Positions 45,940 to 55,902 of a stretch of DNA of 64,000 nt are shown here, piece after piece (position 1 is the stretch's first letter; each line of letters begins with the position of its first letter). The stretch comes from Alphaproteobacteria bacterium (GTDB lineage Bacteria > Pseudomonadota > Alphaproteobacteria > Rhizobiales > JAJFHR01). The translations under genes and the position numbers were made by a program. The DNA lies in NCBI GenBank assembly GCA_024278055.1, contig JAJRTY010000018.1, positions 1,072 to 65,071 of the forward strand, given 5' to 3'. The notes beneath the pieces were generated by a model. It did no database searches and was not told where the DNA came from. It was given only the letters and a program-made list of their open reading frames with translations.

Positions 45940-48033
45940 ATGGGCTGGTCTATCTCCATAGATCCACTGTTTCCACTGTGGTCGATTGCCATAGCCGCCG
46001 CAGTCTGTTTAGCCCTGCTGGCTGTAATGTTTATTCTGGGTTTGCGTGGCAGCACCTTGCGCACCGCCACCATGGCAATCCTGTTGCTGGCATTGCTCAA
46101 CCCGATTATCCGTGGTGAAACCCGCAACCAGTTTGACGATATCCTTCTGGTCGTGTCGGATAATTCCGCCAGCCAGAAAATCGGTGCGCGGCTAGATCAG
46201 ACCGCCAGGGCATTGAGCACACTCAGGAACAAACTTGCCCCGTTCAAGAACACTACCGTCAGGTGGGTAAAGGCCGATACCACTCCCTCAACCACCAACC
46301 GCGGCACACGATTGTTTGCAACCATCAATGACGCCCTTGGTGATATTCCGCCCGAACGGCTGGCCGGTGTTATTTTGATCACCGATGGTCAGGTGCATGA
46401 TGTGCCGGAAAACCTCGATTCTTTGACGCTCACTGCGCCCATACACACGCTTTTGACCGGCGACAGAGATAAAGGCGATCGTCGAATTACCATCGAACGC
46501 GCACCAAAATTTGGCATTGTCGGCGAGGAACAATCAATCATCTTCAAAATTGAAGACCTGCCTTCAGCCGCACAATCTGCTGCAGGAAAACCCGGCAAGC
46601 CAACGCTCGTATCTGTTACCACCAGACGCGATGGCAGGATTATCGACAGGTTTCAGGTTTTAACCGGTGAAAGTGTTGAAATAAATCTGCCTATTGAACA
46701 CACCGGCCAGATTATCTCCGAAATAACCGTTGCGGCCAGCGGCAATGAAATCAGCCTTCGCAACAATCGTGCCGTCATCACCACGCAAGGGGTGAGGGAT
46801 CGTTTGCGGGTGCTGCTGGTGTCGGGTGAGCCGCACTCAGGCCAAAGAACCTGGCGCAATCTGCTCAAGGCCGATCCCGCCGTTGACCTGGTTCATTTCA
46901 CGATACTGCGACCGCCGGAAAAACAGGACGGCACACCAATTAAAGAACTGTCGCTGATCGCCTTTCCCACCCGTGAGCTGTTTTCTCTCAAATTGAACGA
47001 GTTTGACCTGATCATTTTTGACCGTTATCGCCGACGCGGCGTATTGCCTTTGATATATCTCGCCAATGTGGCTGATTATGTTGAAAATGGTGGCGCTGTT
47101 CTAAGTGCCGCAGGTCCCAGTTTTGCCTCGCCTCTGTCGTTGTTCAGAACGCCCCTGTCGGCCATTTTACCAGCCGCCCCAACCGGTGAAGTCACCGAGC
47201 AGCCATTCCGCCCCAAAGTTACCGACGTTGGCCGCCGCCATCCGGTCACACGCTCCTTACCCGGCGCACAGGATAAAGAGCCAACCTGGGGTCGCTGGTT
47301 CCGGCTGATTGATGTGGAACCAACAGGCGGCGACGTCATCATGTCGGGAGCAGGCGATAAACCTTTGATGGTTCTGAAACGCCAGGGCAAGGGCCGGGTT
47401 GCACAACTGCTGTCCGATCAGGCCTGGCTGTGGGCGCGCGGCTATGATGGTGGTGGCCCCCAGGTCGAGCTGCTGCGCCGCATGGCCCACTGGCTGATGA
47501 AAGAACCTGATCTGGAAGAAGAAGCTTTAGTGGCCACACAGGTAGGCAATGATTTGAAAATCGAACGCTTCACCATGAAGGAAACCACAGCTGCAATCAG
47601 TGTCAGTAACCCCGAAGGCAACAATTCCTCACTCGAATTAACGCAGGTGAAACCGGGACAGTGGAGCGGCATCATCAAAGATGCAACACCGGGGATTTAC
47701 CAGTTATCCGATGGTGATCTATCCAAAGCAGCCGTCTTTGGCATCCTTGATCAAAAAGAATTTTCCGACATCCGCCCCTCGGAAGAAATCCTCAAACCGG
47801 TCAATAAAGCCACCGGCGGCAAGGCCTTCTGGCTCGGCGAGAACATCAACCTGCCCGCCATCCGCTATATCGATGCCGGCCGGCGCATGAGCGGTTCCGG
47901 CTGGCTCGGCATTCAGAAAAACAACGCCTACACAATATCCGCCCTCAAAGACATCCCGCTGCTCAGCGGCCTCCTCGCACTGGCCGCCGTGTTGGGACTG
48001 GTGTCACTGATGTGGTACCGCGAGGGCCATTAG
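45940..48033 (+). CDS. large membrane-anchored protein, fourth gene of the MoxR/DUF58 operon
   Basis: N-terminal TM pair and a C-terminal TM anchor. 697 aa. Its position is conserved after the DUF4159 gene. A class-I glutamine-amidotransferase-like fold is only suspected. Confidence 0.5.
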   Translation: MGWSISIDPLFPLWSIAIAAAVCLALLAVMFILGLRGSTLRTATMAILLLALLNPIIRGETRNQFDDILLVVSDNSASQKIGARLDQTARALSTLRNKLAPFKNTTVRWVKADTTPSTTNRGTRLFATINDALGDIPPERLAGVILITDGQVHDVPENLDSLTLTAPIHTLLTGDRDKGDRRITIERAPKFGIVGEEQSIIFKIEDLPSAAQSAAGKPGKPTLVSVTTRRDGRIIDRFQVLTGESVEINLPIEHTGQIISEITVAASGNEISLRNNRAVITTQGVRDRLRVLLVSGEPHSGQRTWRNLLKADPAVDLVHFTILRPPEKQDGTPIKELSLIAFPTRELFSLKLNEFDLIIFDRYRRRGVLPLIYLANVADYVENGGAVLSAAGPSFASPLSLFRTPLSAILPAAPTGEVTEQPFRPKVTDVGRRHPVTRSLPGAQDKEPTWGRWFRLIDVEPTGGDVIMSGAGDKPLMVLKRQGKGRVAQLLSDQAWLWARGYDGGGPQVELLRRMAHWLMKEPDLEEEALVATQVGNDLKIERFTMKETTAAISVSNPEGNNSSLELTQVKPGQWSGIIKDATPGIYQLSDGDLSKAAVFGILDQKEFSDIRPSEEILKPVNKATGGKAFWLGENINLPAIRYIDAGRRMSGSGWLGIQKNNAYTISALKDIPLLSGLLALAAVLGLVSLMWYREGH

Positions 48034-48557
48034 AGCACTTCTTTTTTCCTGATTGAACGGCCCGGCGAAACAACGCCCTGCACATCCGCAAAAACACCGT
48101 CCACAAGCTCACAATATAACAACCGCTGCGGATCACACGGTCCCGGCATGATTATTTGTCCCGGTGGCACTTTTTGGAAACCCTGGCGTGCGTAATAGGT
48201 TTCATCCCCCACCAGAACCACCAGCTGGTGGCCAAGGGTTTCGGCGCGGGCCAGACCTGTCGCGATCATATCCAGCCCCCAGCCTTTACCGCGCCTAGCA
48301 GGATCAACCGCCAGTGGACCCAGCATCAAAGCCGGTGTCGCCACGCCAATCTTGACCGGCCAGAAACGGATGGTGGCGACAAGCTCATCACCCAAAAAAC
48401 CGGCAAAGCTCAACTCCGGCAACGCGTCTGCCCCTTCGCGCAGGCGATAGGCTGTTTTGGCAAAACGGCCAGGGCCAAAAGCTATATCAAGCAGGTCTTC
48501 GACCACTTTGGCATGGGACAGTTCTTCGGGGATTATTTTAAACGATTGATCAGACAT
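48030..48557 (-). CDS. GNAT-family N-acetyltransferase
   Basis: LGPLAVDPARRGKGWGLDMI is the acetyl-CoA binding motif (R/Q-x-x-G-x-G/A). Start taken at MSDQSFK. Confidence 0.75.
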   Translation of the reverse strand: MSDQSFKIIPEELSHAKVVEDLLDIAFGPGRFAKTAYRLREGADALPELSFAGFLGDELVATIRFWPVKIGVATPALMLGPLAVDPARRGKGWGLDMIATGLARAETLGHQLVVLVGDETYYARQGFQKVPPGQIIMPGPCDPQRLLYCELVDGVFADVQGVVSPGRSIRKKEVL

Positions 48558-48795
48558 CGGAACTTCCAGACACATAGAAAGGGAATTTAGAGGTGATGCC
48601 GGCATCACGTGTCTGAAGTTTTTAATGTAGCAGAAAAATCAGCAGCGCAGACCGGCGTTCGCAAGGAAGATGCGAATGTGTCGTCGTCGGTTAATGCAGG
48701 TGGTTGGAAGCATTGTTGCGCTCTTTTTATTTAATTTGTGAATTCTGGTTAGCACGGCAATTGGAATGCGTCTACAGATTTTCCGCTAAACTGGA

Positions 48796-49770
48796 TTACA
48801 TGCCAACCCACGCCGCAGGCCAACCTTTGTAGAGGGCAAATATATAAAGCACGTAAATGCTGAGGAATACGACCGCTTCAGTGCGGCAAATTCCCCTGCC
48901 TGTCACCAGAACCGGTATCAGCAGGATAGTGGTTGCCAACATAAACCAGCTGTCAAACTGGGCAATTTGCGCCACAAAATCAATGGGAGCAATAATTGAC
49001 GTGGCACCCAGAATGAGCAACACATTGGAGATATTGGAGCCAATGATGTTGCCAACTGCCACATCGCTGCGCCCCTTGAACGCGGCAATAACCGAGACTG
49101 CCAACTCAGGCAGGGAGGTGCCGATAGCCACAATGGATAAGGCGATAACGGCCTCTGACATGCCAAAATCACGCGCCAGGGTTACCGCACCCTGAACCAG
49201 CAGATCAGCCCCCCAGACCACTCCCGCCAGCCCTATTAAAAACATTCCAACTGAAAAAATCAGTTTTTGTGGAACGCCGCTGTGTTCTTCAAGCTCCATC
49301 AGGGTAAGTTCCTGGCCGACATCTCCTTTGACCTGTTCAGCCCAATAACAAAAACCAAGATAACCCACATAAGTGCCGAGCATAAAGATACCGGTGATCA
49401 GCCCGATTGTTCCGGTTTGCGCCATCCCGGCCAACAGGGCAGCTGATGCAACCATCATCATACCATCGCGGCGAATAAGTTGTGGCACAACCTTGATCGG
49501 TTTGATCAAAGCAGCGACACCAAGTACCAGCAGGATATTCGACAGGTTGGATCCCACTACATTACCGGTGGCAATATCAGGTGCGCCCCTTAAGACAGCA
49601 TCAATAGAAACCGAAAGCTCGGGAGCAGAGGTGCCAATTGCTACAATGGTCAGGCCGATAACGATGGGAGGGACATTAAGATGCCCGGCAATCGCCACAG
49701 CACCGCGAACCATAATCTCACCACCGACAATCAACAGGGCAAAGCCCGACAGTACCAGAAAATATGCCAA
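48796..49770 (-). CDS. CaCA-family calcium/sodium antiporter (YrbG-like)
   Basis: Two alpha-repeats: GTSAPELSVSIDA...GNVVGSNLSNILLVLG and GTSLPELAVSVIA...GNIIGSNISNVLLILG. Confidence 0.9.
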   Translation of the reverse strand: MAYFLVLSGFALLIVGGEIMVRGAVAIAGHLNVPPIVIGLTIVAIGTSAPELSVSIDAVLRGAPDIATGNVVGSNLSNILLVLGVAALIKPIKVVPQLIRRDGMMMVASAALLAGMAQTGTIGLITGIFMLGTYVGYLGFCYWAEQVKGDVGQELTLMELEEHSGVPQKLIFSVGMFLIGLAGVVWGADLLVQGAVTLARDFGMSEAVIALSIVAIGTSLPELAVSVIAAFKGRSDVAVGNIIGSNISNVLLILGATSIIAPIDFVAQIAQFDSWFMLATTILLIPVLVTGRGICRTEAVVFLSIYVLYIFALYKGWPAAWVGM

Positions 49771-49855
49771 ATACCTGAGCCCCCAAAGCGCCGGAATACA
49801 ACAACAGAATCACTTATTCATAAGATAGGGATGCGTTACGGGATTACCAGAGGCT

Positions 49856-50323
49856 TCACCAGTGTTCGCTGGGTTCAGATGGCAGAAAAATTTCCTGTAG
49901 TCGTTTTTTTGTACCAGTTGTGGTGTTTTCCGGCAGACAATCAATGTCGAAAAATCCGCACTCGGCAATTTCCAGACTTTGGCGCTCTACTTTTTCCCAG
50001 CGACGCACGATGAACAGGGCCACATGGTCACCCTTAAAATTTTCAAAATTTGCATAGATCGCAAATAATTCGGGCCGGCCAGGACAACGCACCCCGGTCT
50101 CCTCATCAAGCTCTCGTCGCATCGCTGTTTCAAAACTCTCATTATGCTCAACCCCGCCACCGGGAAACATCCACCCCGGCATATAACTGTGACGCACCAG
50201 CAGCACCTTGTTGTCATCATCCAGCACCACCGCGCGCACGCCAAGTGTTTGCCCGCGCACCAGACGAAAGAAGGGCTGAAGCGTAAACCTGAACAGCGGT
50301 TTTAACAGGCGAACAGATACCAT
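49856..50323 (-). CDS. Nudix hydrolase
   Basis: Nudix box FPGGGVEHNESFETAMRRELDEETGV. Confidence 0.8.
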   Translation of the reverse strand: MVSVRLLKPLFRFTLQPFFRLVRGQTLGVRAVVLDDDNKVLLVRHSYMPGWMFPGGGVEHNESFETAMRRELDEETGVRCPGRPELFAIYANFENFKGDHVALFIVRRWEKVERQSLEIAECGFFDIDCLPENTTTGTKKRLQEIFLPSEPSEHW

Positions 50324-50491
50324 GGTTTTTTATCGAGTACCTTTCATAACCTGTTAACCGGCCATGCATCCAACGCAGGTCAGAGGTGCAAACAAACCCC
50401 TACCACAAAGCCCGGTTTGATACTATCTAACCATCAACAGCAGCGGCCAGTTCGGCCACACAATTTCAACTCAAACCTGGGAGACCTGGAC

Positions 50492-50617
50492 ATGAATAAC
50501 TTCATCTACAAGCTATTTTCCGCAAAAGCCAAAACCACCGATTATGTCTGGCGTCCTGACGTAAACCTCGACACTCCCTGGATTGCCTGCACACTGAACC
50601 CGACCGCCAGTTCATAA
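50492..50617 (+). CDS. candidate small protein (41 aa), unknown function
   Basis: MNNFIYKLFSAKAKTTDYVWRPDVNLDTPWIACTLNPTASS. A GGGAGA Shine-Dalgarno lies 7 nt upstream of the ATG. A strong intrinsic terminator lies 48 nt after the stop. I recognise no homology. Confidence 0.35.
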   Translation: MNNFIYKLFSAKAKTTDYVWRPDVNLDTPWIACTLNPTASS

Positions 50618-50664
50618 GGACTGCCGGAACTCTCCGGGTATAATCAGCAGACGTTAAATTTATT

Positions 50665-50701
50665 AGCGCCGGGCGACACATGTCGCCCGGCGCTTCTTTT
50701 T
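50665..50701 (+). terminator. intrinsic terminator
   Basis: Perfect 13-bp GC-rich stem AGCGCCGGGCGAC/GTCGCCCGGCGCT with loop ACAT, followed by TCTTTTT. Confidence 0.85.
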
Positions 50702-50775
50702 GGACCGTTTTTAAAAGGCAGACAGCGCTGTAAACCGTTATATTGCATCTGTGACAAATCAAACAGGAGCAGGAA

Positions 50776-51987
50776 ATGACGAGCCGCGAAGATTTAATAA
50801 CACTTCATAATGGTGAAAAAACCAAGCCTACGTTTTCAAAAGGCGAAATGCAGCGACGGCTTGAAGCCCTGCGTACCATGATGGCGGAAACCGGGATAGA
50901 TGCCTGCCTGTTCACATCAATTCACAATATCGGTTATTATTCCGGATTTATTTATTGCGCCTTTGGCCGTCCCTACGGTCTGGTTGTCACTGAGAGTGCC
51001 TGCACTACCATCAGCGCCAACATTGATTACGGCCAGCCCTGGCGCCGCGGGCATTGCGATAATCTGGTCTATACGGACTGGCAGCGCGACAATTTTTTCC
51101 GCGTTGCTGACAGCCTGATCAAAGAAGGCAGCTCAATTGGCATCGAATATGATCATGTCAGCCTGGACACCCGCGAAAAACTGGCAAAAACATTTCCCAA
51201 ATCAAGCTTTAAAGATGTGGCAGTCAGCACCATGCAGCAAAGAATGATCAAGTCCGACGAGGAAATTGCCGTCATTCGCAACGGTGCCGAGATCGGCGAC
51301 ATTGGTGGTGAAGCCTGCGTAGACGCTATCGCAGAAGGTGTGCCCGAATATATGGTTGCCCGGGCCTCAACGAACCGAATGGTTGATGAAATTGCCAAAC
51401 GCTACCCCCATTCCGACCTGATGGACACCTGGACCTGGTTCCAGTCCGGCATTAATACCGATGGTGCCCACAACCCCCTGACCACGCGCGCAGTTAAAAA
51501 AGGCGACATTCTCAGCCTCAATTGTTTTTCGATGATTTCAGGCTATTACACCGCCCTGGAAAGAACACTGTTTTTTGATCATGTTGATGATGCATCGCTC
51601 AAATTATGGCAGATCAATTGCAAGGTTCATCGTCGCGGCCTCGAACTCATCCGCCCAGGAGCCAAATGCAGCGACATTGCCAATGAACTCAATGAAATAT
51701 TTGCCGAGCATGATCTTCTGCAATACCGCACCTTTGGTTATGGCCATTCCTTTGGCGTTTTATCGCACTATTATGGCCGCGAGGCAGCCCTCGAGCTCCG
51801 CGAGGATATCGACACAATCATCGAGCCCAATATGGTTGTATCAATGGAGCCGATGATTACCCTGCCTCAAGGCATGCCCGGCGCCGGCGGCTATCGCGAA
51901 CATGATATTTTAGTCGTGGGTGAAAAGGGTGCTGAAAATATAACCAGATTCCCCTTCGGCCCCGAACATAATATTGTCACTGCTTAA
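50776..51987 (+). CDS. creatinase (creatine amidinohydrolase)
   Basis: 403 aa with long stretches matching bacterial creatinase as I recall it: FGRPYGLVVTE, ISANIDYGQPWRR, VYTDWQRDN, MDTWTWFQSGINTDGAHNP, GYYTALERTLF, YRTFGYGHSFG, GAGGYREHDIL. Confidence 0.8.
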   Translation: MTSREDLITLHNGEKTKPTFSKGEMQRRLEALRTMMAETGIDACLFTSIHNIGYYSGFIYCAFGRPYGLVVTESACTTISANIDYGQPWRRGHCDNLVYTDWQRDNFFRVADSLIKEGSSIGIEYDHVSLDTREKLAKTFPKSSFKDVAVSTMQQRMIKSDEEIAVIRNGAEIGDIGGEACVDAIAEGVPEYMVARASTNRMVDEIAKRYPHSDLMDTWTWFQSGINTDGAHNPLTTRAVKKGDILSLNCFSMISGYYTALERTLFFDHVDDASLKLWQINCKVHRRGLELIRPGAKCSDIANELNEIFAEHDLLQYRTFGYGHSFGVLSHYYGREAALELREDIDTIIEPNMVVSMEPMITLPQGMPGAGGYREHDILVVGEKGAENITRFPFGPEHNIVTA

Positions 51988-52133
51988 GAGTAACTCACAG
52001 CCATATTGAATCATTTGCACGCAGAGTTAAATCTGCTATTAGAGCCCTGTAATATCCATGGCGTTTGGGTCAAACCCTTAAGCGTTAGTGCTGGAACCTG
52101 GGGACAGCTTCGTGTCAACAAGTGAGGTTGTAA

Positions 52134-52958
52134 ATGTCATCCGTTCCTTCAAATGAAGGTGGTCTGGGCCCTTTGAGTCGCTTAAAAAAGTATCGCCGGA
52201 AAAAAATCAAAAAATACGGCAAAAAACTCATCTATGGTCTTGAAAAAACACTGGCCAGAGCCTCTCTGGTTGAGAATAAACCCTTTGCCGAAACTACTGA
52301 ATTTCCCCAGCTTCTGGAAATCGAAAAGAACTGGGAGAAGATTTTGGACGAAGTCCGGGTAATTCTTCAACAACGCGAAGCCATTCCGGGTTTTCAGGAA
52401 GTCTCACCCGATCAACACAAACTCGCCATTGACGGCAACTGGCGCACATTTTTCCTCTATGGTTTTGGCATTCCTTTTGCAAAAAACTCTTCTCAGGCAC
52501 CGTTTACTTCCAAAGTGATAGCGCCCACTGAAAACCTCCAGACCGCCTGGTTTTCAATTCTGGCACCGGGGTATCATATTCCCCATCACCGTGGCGTCAC
52601 CAAAGGAATTTTACGCTATCATCTTGGCCTGATAATCCCCAAGGAACACGAAAAATGCCGCATTCGCGTTGGCAAGGAAATCCGCGCCTGGCAGCAGGGC
52701 AAGGGGTTTGTCATTGATGACACCTTTGATCATGAAGTCTGGAACGACACCGATGAAGAGCGCGTTATCCTCATCGTCGATTTCGACCGCCCAATGAAAT
52801 GGTGGGGAAGATTGATAAACAACACCTTTTTGATGCTGATGCGCATGACCGCTTTTTATCAGGAGCCAAAAAAGAATATGGCAATTCACGAAGACCGTTT
52901 TGAAGCGGCAGTGAACCGGGCAAACGCCAACATGGAAAACCTGAGTGAGCGCGATTAG
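52134..52958 (+). CDS. aspartyl/asparaginyl beta-hydroxylase-family (LpxO-like) dioxygenase
   Basis: W..F.LYGFG, HIPHHRGVTKGILRYHLGLIIP and FVIDDTFDHEVWNDTDEERVILIVDF motifs. Confidence 0.75.
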   Translation: MSSVPSNEGGLGPLSRLKKYRRKKIKKYGKKLIYGLEKTLARASLVENKPFAETTEFPQLLEIEKNWEKILDEVRVILQQREAIPGFQEVSPDQHKLAIDGNWRTFFLYGFGIPFAKNSSQAPFTSKVIAPTENLQTAWFSILAPGYHIPHHRGVTKGILRYHLGLIIPKEHEKCRIRVGKEIRAWQQGKGFVIDDTFDHEVWNDTDEERVILIVDFDRPMKWWGRLINNTFLMLMRMTAFYQEPKKNMAIHEDRFEAAVNRANANMENLSERD

Positions 52959-53009
52959 AACGCTTTCCCCGGCTTTGATAATTAAAACAAAAGGCTTTAT
53001 GCTCGATCA

Positions 53010-54728
53010 ATGCGCAGCACCCTGAAAATATTTTTCCACGCTCAGCAGACAAAGCCGCTCCTTGTCCTTTTGTGTTTAACCTTGGCAGGATTTGCCGAAG
53101 CGCTTGGTATAATGACCCTGCTACCGGCTATTTCTCAAATAACCGGCGGTGTTCAGGAAAATTCATCCGCTGCAAACTTGTTTGTCCAAAACACGTTGAC
53201 GAGCATCGGCATTGAGCCGAATTTTCTCAATCTGATCATCATCATGACCGGGTTCATGGTTTTGAAGTCACTGCTTGCCTTTATTGCGCTAACCTATGTG
53301 GGCTTTCAGGTTTCCGAAGTTGCAACCTCCATGCGCGCCACATTAATCGACAACCTCATGAATGCCCGCTGGGGTTATTTTACCGGACAACGTATCGGCC
53401 GTATTTCCAATGCGGTCAGCAATGACGCTACGCGAGCCGGGGCCGCCTATATGGTTGCCGCCCGTTTCATCGCCTTTGGCATCCAGGGATTATCTTACGT
53501 TGCAGTCGCCGTAGTGCTGTCGTGGAAACTGGCAGCAATAGGCCTGACTATCGGCCTGACCATTGCCCTGTCGCTGGGAATTTTGATAAAATTGTCGCGC
53601 ATTACCGGTGCCCGCCAGACCCGGCGAACCTCTGACCTTGTCACCTATCTGTCTGACACCCTCAATAACATCAAGCCGCTTAAAGCCATGGCTCGGTATG
53701 ACAGTTTGTCAGTGCTGTTCAAAACCAAGATAGCCGGGTTGAAACGCGCACTTCGCGGCCAGGTCCTGGCCCAGAACGGTCGCTTTTACGGCGAAGAAAT
53801 CATAACGTTTATCTCTCTTGGCACGGCATTATATTTTTCTAAAGAGGTCTGGGACATTCCTGTTGCCGAAATCGGTATCATGGGAATCATCTCTTATCAG
53901 ATGGTTTCTATCACCGGCAAAATGCAGCGGTTTCTGCAAAAAGCCGTCGAGTTTGAAAGTGCCTATTGGTCAGTCCACGATTTGATTGCCGCGTCTGGCG
54001 CTCAGGCCGAACAGCGTCCTGGCACCAAAACGCCCACTTTGACCAAAGCCATCACTTTTAAGGATGTTACCTTCAAATACGAAGATTTACCTGTCCTGGA
54101 CCAGTTGAATCTGGAAATCCCAGCGGGGGAAATCACCGTTCTAAGAGGTCCATCGGGCAGTGGTAAAACCACCATCGTTGATCTGGTAATAGGTTTTTAT
54201 CGCGCACAATCTGGCGAAATACGAATTGACGGCGATCTTCTTGATACTATTTCGATCACACAATGGCGCAAAATGATCGGTTACGTGCCTCAGGAACTGA
54301 CGCTGTTCCACGACACGGTTTTTGCCAATGTAACTCTTGGCGATATGGAATACGATGACAGCCATGTGGAAACGGCCTTGCGCAAGGCAGGAGCCTGGGA
54401 ATTCATCGCCGGCCTGCCGGAAAGAATGCAGACTGTGGTCGGCGAACACGGCGCCAAAATATCCGGCGGCCAGCGCCAGCGCATAGCCCTTGCCCGCGCT
54501 TTGATAAGCAATCCTCAATTGCTCATTTTAGATGAAGTCACCAGCGCTCTTGATCCTGAAACCGAACTTGAAATCTGTAATAATATAAAATCTCTCGGCA
54601 AGGAATTTACCGTTCTGTCCATCACCCATCGCCCCATATGGTCAAACATCGCTGACAATCTGTATGAAGTTGGCAACGGTAAAGTGCGCCTTTTGCAACA
54701 ATCTGATGACAAAAAAATCCCGGCATGA
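53010..54728 (+). CDS. ABC exporter, fused permease/ATPase (MsbA-like architecture)
   Basis: Six-TM N-terminal domain. Walker A GPSGSGKTT, signature ISGGQRQRIALARA, Walker B LLILDEVTSALD. Confidence 0.85.
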   Translation: MRSTLKIFFHAQQTKPLLVLLCLTLAGFAEALGIMTLLPAISQITGGVQENSSAANLFVQNTLTSIGIEPNFLNLIIIMTGFMVLKSLLAFIALTYVGFQVSEVATSMRATLIDNLMNARWGYFTGQRIGRISNAVSNDATRAGAAYMVAARFIAFGIQGLSYVAVAVVLSWKLAAIGLTIGLTIALSLGILIKLSRITGARQTRRTSDLVTYLSDTLNNIKPLKAMARYDSLSVLFKTKIAGLKRALRGQVLAQNGRFYGEEIITFISLGTALYFSKEVWDIPVAEIGIMGIISYQMVSITGKMQRFLQKAVEFESAYWSVHDLIAASGAQAEQRPGTKTPTLTKAITFKDVTFKYEDLPVLDQLNLEIPAGEITVLRGPSGSGKTTIVDLVIGFYRAQSGEIRIDGDLLDTISITQWRKMIGYVPQELTLFHDTVFANVTLGDMEYDDSHVETALRKAGAWEFIAGLPERMQTVVGEHGAKISGGQRQRIALARALISNPQLLILDEVTSALDPETELEICNNIKSLGKEFTVLSITHRPIWSNIADNLYEVGNGKVRLLQQSDDKKIPA

Positions 54729-55885
54729 TCACTCCATCTTCAGGAATTGGTGGAATTGAAATCCGGCAGGTTGTCACCAAAGCTGACAAGATGGCCTTCC
54801 TGCGCGTGCCATTCACGGTTTTTGCCGATGACAAAAACTGGGTGCCACAGCTGTTCGTTGAGCGCCTCGAACATCTTGACCCTAAAAAAAACCCCTTCTT
54901 TGATCATGCCGAAGCAGCCTTCTGGATAGCCGTTAATGAGGCAGGTGAGCCTATCGGCCGAATTTCCGCACAGATTTGCAGCATTCACCAAGGACTGTTT
55001 CCAGAGAAGGTCGGTCAATTCGGCTTTCTTGATGCCATTGACAATGCAGCCGTCTTCGACCAGTTGCTGGCTGTTGCTGCCGATTGGCTGCAACACCGCG
55101 GCATGAAGCACATTCAAGGCCCGTTCAGCCTGTCCATCAATGACGAAGTAGGTCTTTTGGTCGATGGGTTTGATACCCCGCCCTCGCTGATGATGGGCCA
55201 TGCCATGCCGTACTATGCCGACCACGTTGAACGCCTGGGTTTCAACAAGGCAAAGGACGTCCTGGCTTATGATTACAACTTGGAAACCGGCGATTTCAGC
55301 CCAGCTGCAGCCTTGATCAAACGCATAAAGAAAACGCCCGGCCTCAGTGTGCGTAGCCTGGACAAGAAAAACCTAAGTCGCGATCTGGCGATTATTATCG
55401 ACATATTCACCGAAGCCTGGAGCGACAACTGGGGCTATGTTCCCATGACCAGGCCTGAGATTGATATGCTTGGCAAAAACCTCAAAATGCTGGTGAGAGA
55501 AGGCTATGTCACTATTGCCAGTATTGATGGTGAGCCCCAGGCCATGGCGGTTACCTTGCCCAATCTGAATGATGCCATTAATGATCTTGACGGTAAGGTT
55601 TTTCCACTTGGCTGGTTGAAAATTCTCTGGCGCATTATCTTGAAGCCGCCAAAATCCGTACGCCTGCTGTTGATGGGCGTGCGCAAAAAACACCAGAACA
55701 CCACCAAAGGTGCTGCCCTGGCTTTCATTATGATCAATGAACTCAGGCACTACCACCATGGCCGCGGCACGCAAAAATGTGAAATGTCGTGGATACTCGA
55801 AGACAACAAGCCCATGCGTCATATGCTTGAAGCCATGGGAGCAAAGCCTTATAAGACTTATCGCATCTACGAACGCGCATTGTAG
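54725..55885 (+). CDS. uncharacterised acyl/acetyltransferase-like protein (GNAT-like, about 386 aa)
   Basis: Translationally coupled to the ABC gene (ATGA overlap). A GNAT-like segment (RGMKHIQGPFSLSINDEVGLLV) and a C-terminal second lobe. The family call is tentative. Confidence 0.4.
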   Translation: MITPSSGIGGIEIRQVVTKADKMAFLRVPFTVFADDKNWVPQLFVERLEHLDPKKNPFFDHAEAAFWIAVNEAGEPIGRISAQICSIHQGLFPEKVGQFGFLDAIDNAAVFDQLLAVAADWLQHRGMKHIQGPFSLSINDEVGLLVDGFDTPPSLMMGHAMPYYADHVERLGFNKAKDVLAYDYNLETGDFSPAAALIKRIKKTPGLSVRSLDKKNLSRDLAIIIDIFTEAWSDNWGYVPMTRPEIDMLGKNLKMLVREGYVTIASIDGEPQAMAVTLPNLNDAINDLDGKVFPLGWLKILWRIILKPPKSVRLLLMGVRKKHQNTTKGAALAFIMINELRHYHHGRGTQKCEMSWILEDNKPMRHMLEAMGAKPYKTYRIYERAL

Positions 55886-55902
55886 GCAGGGTATAGACTG
55901 AC

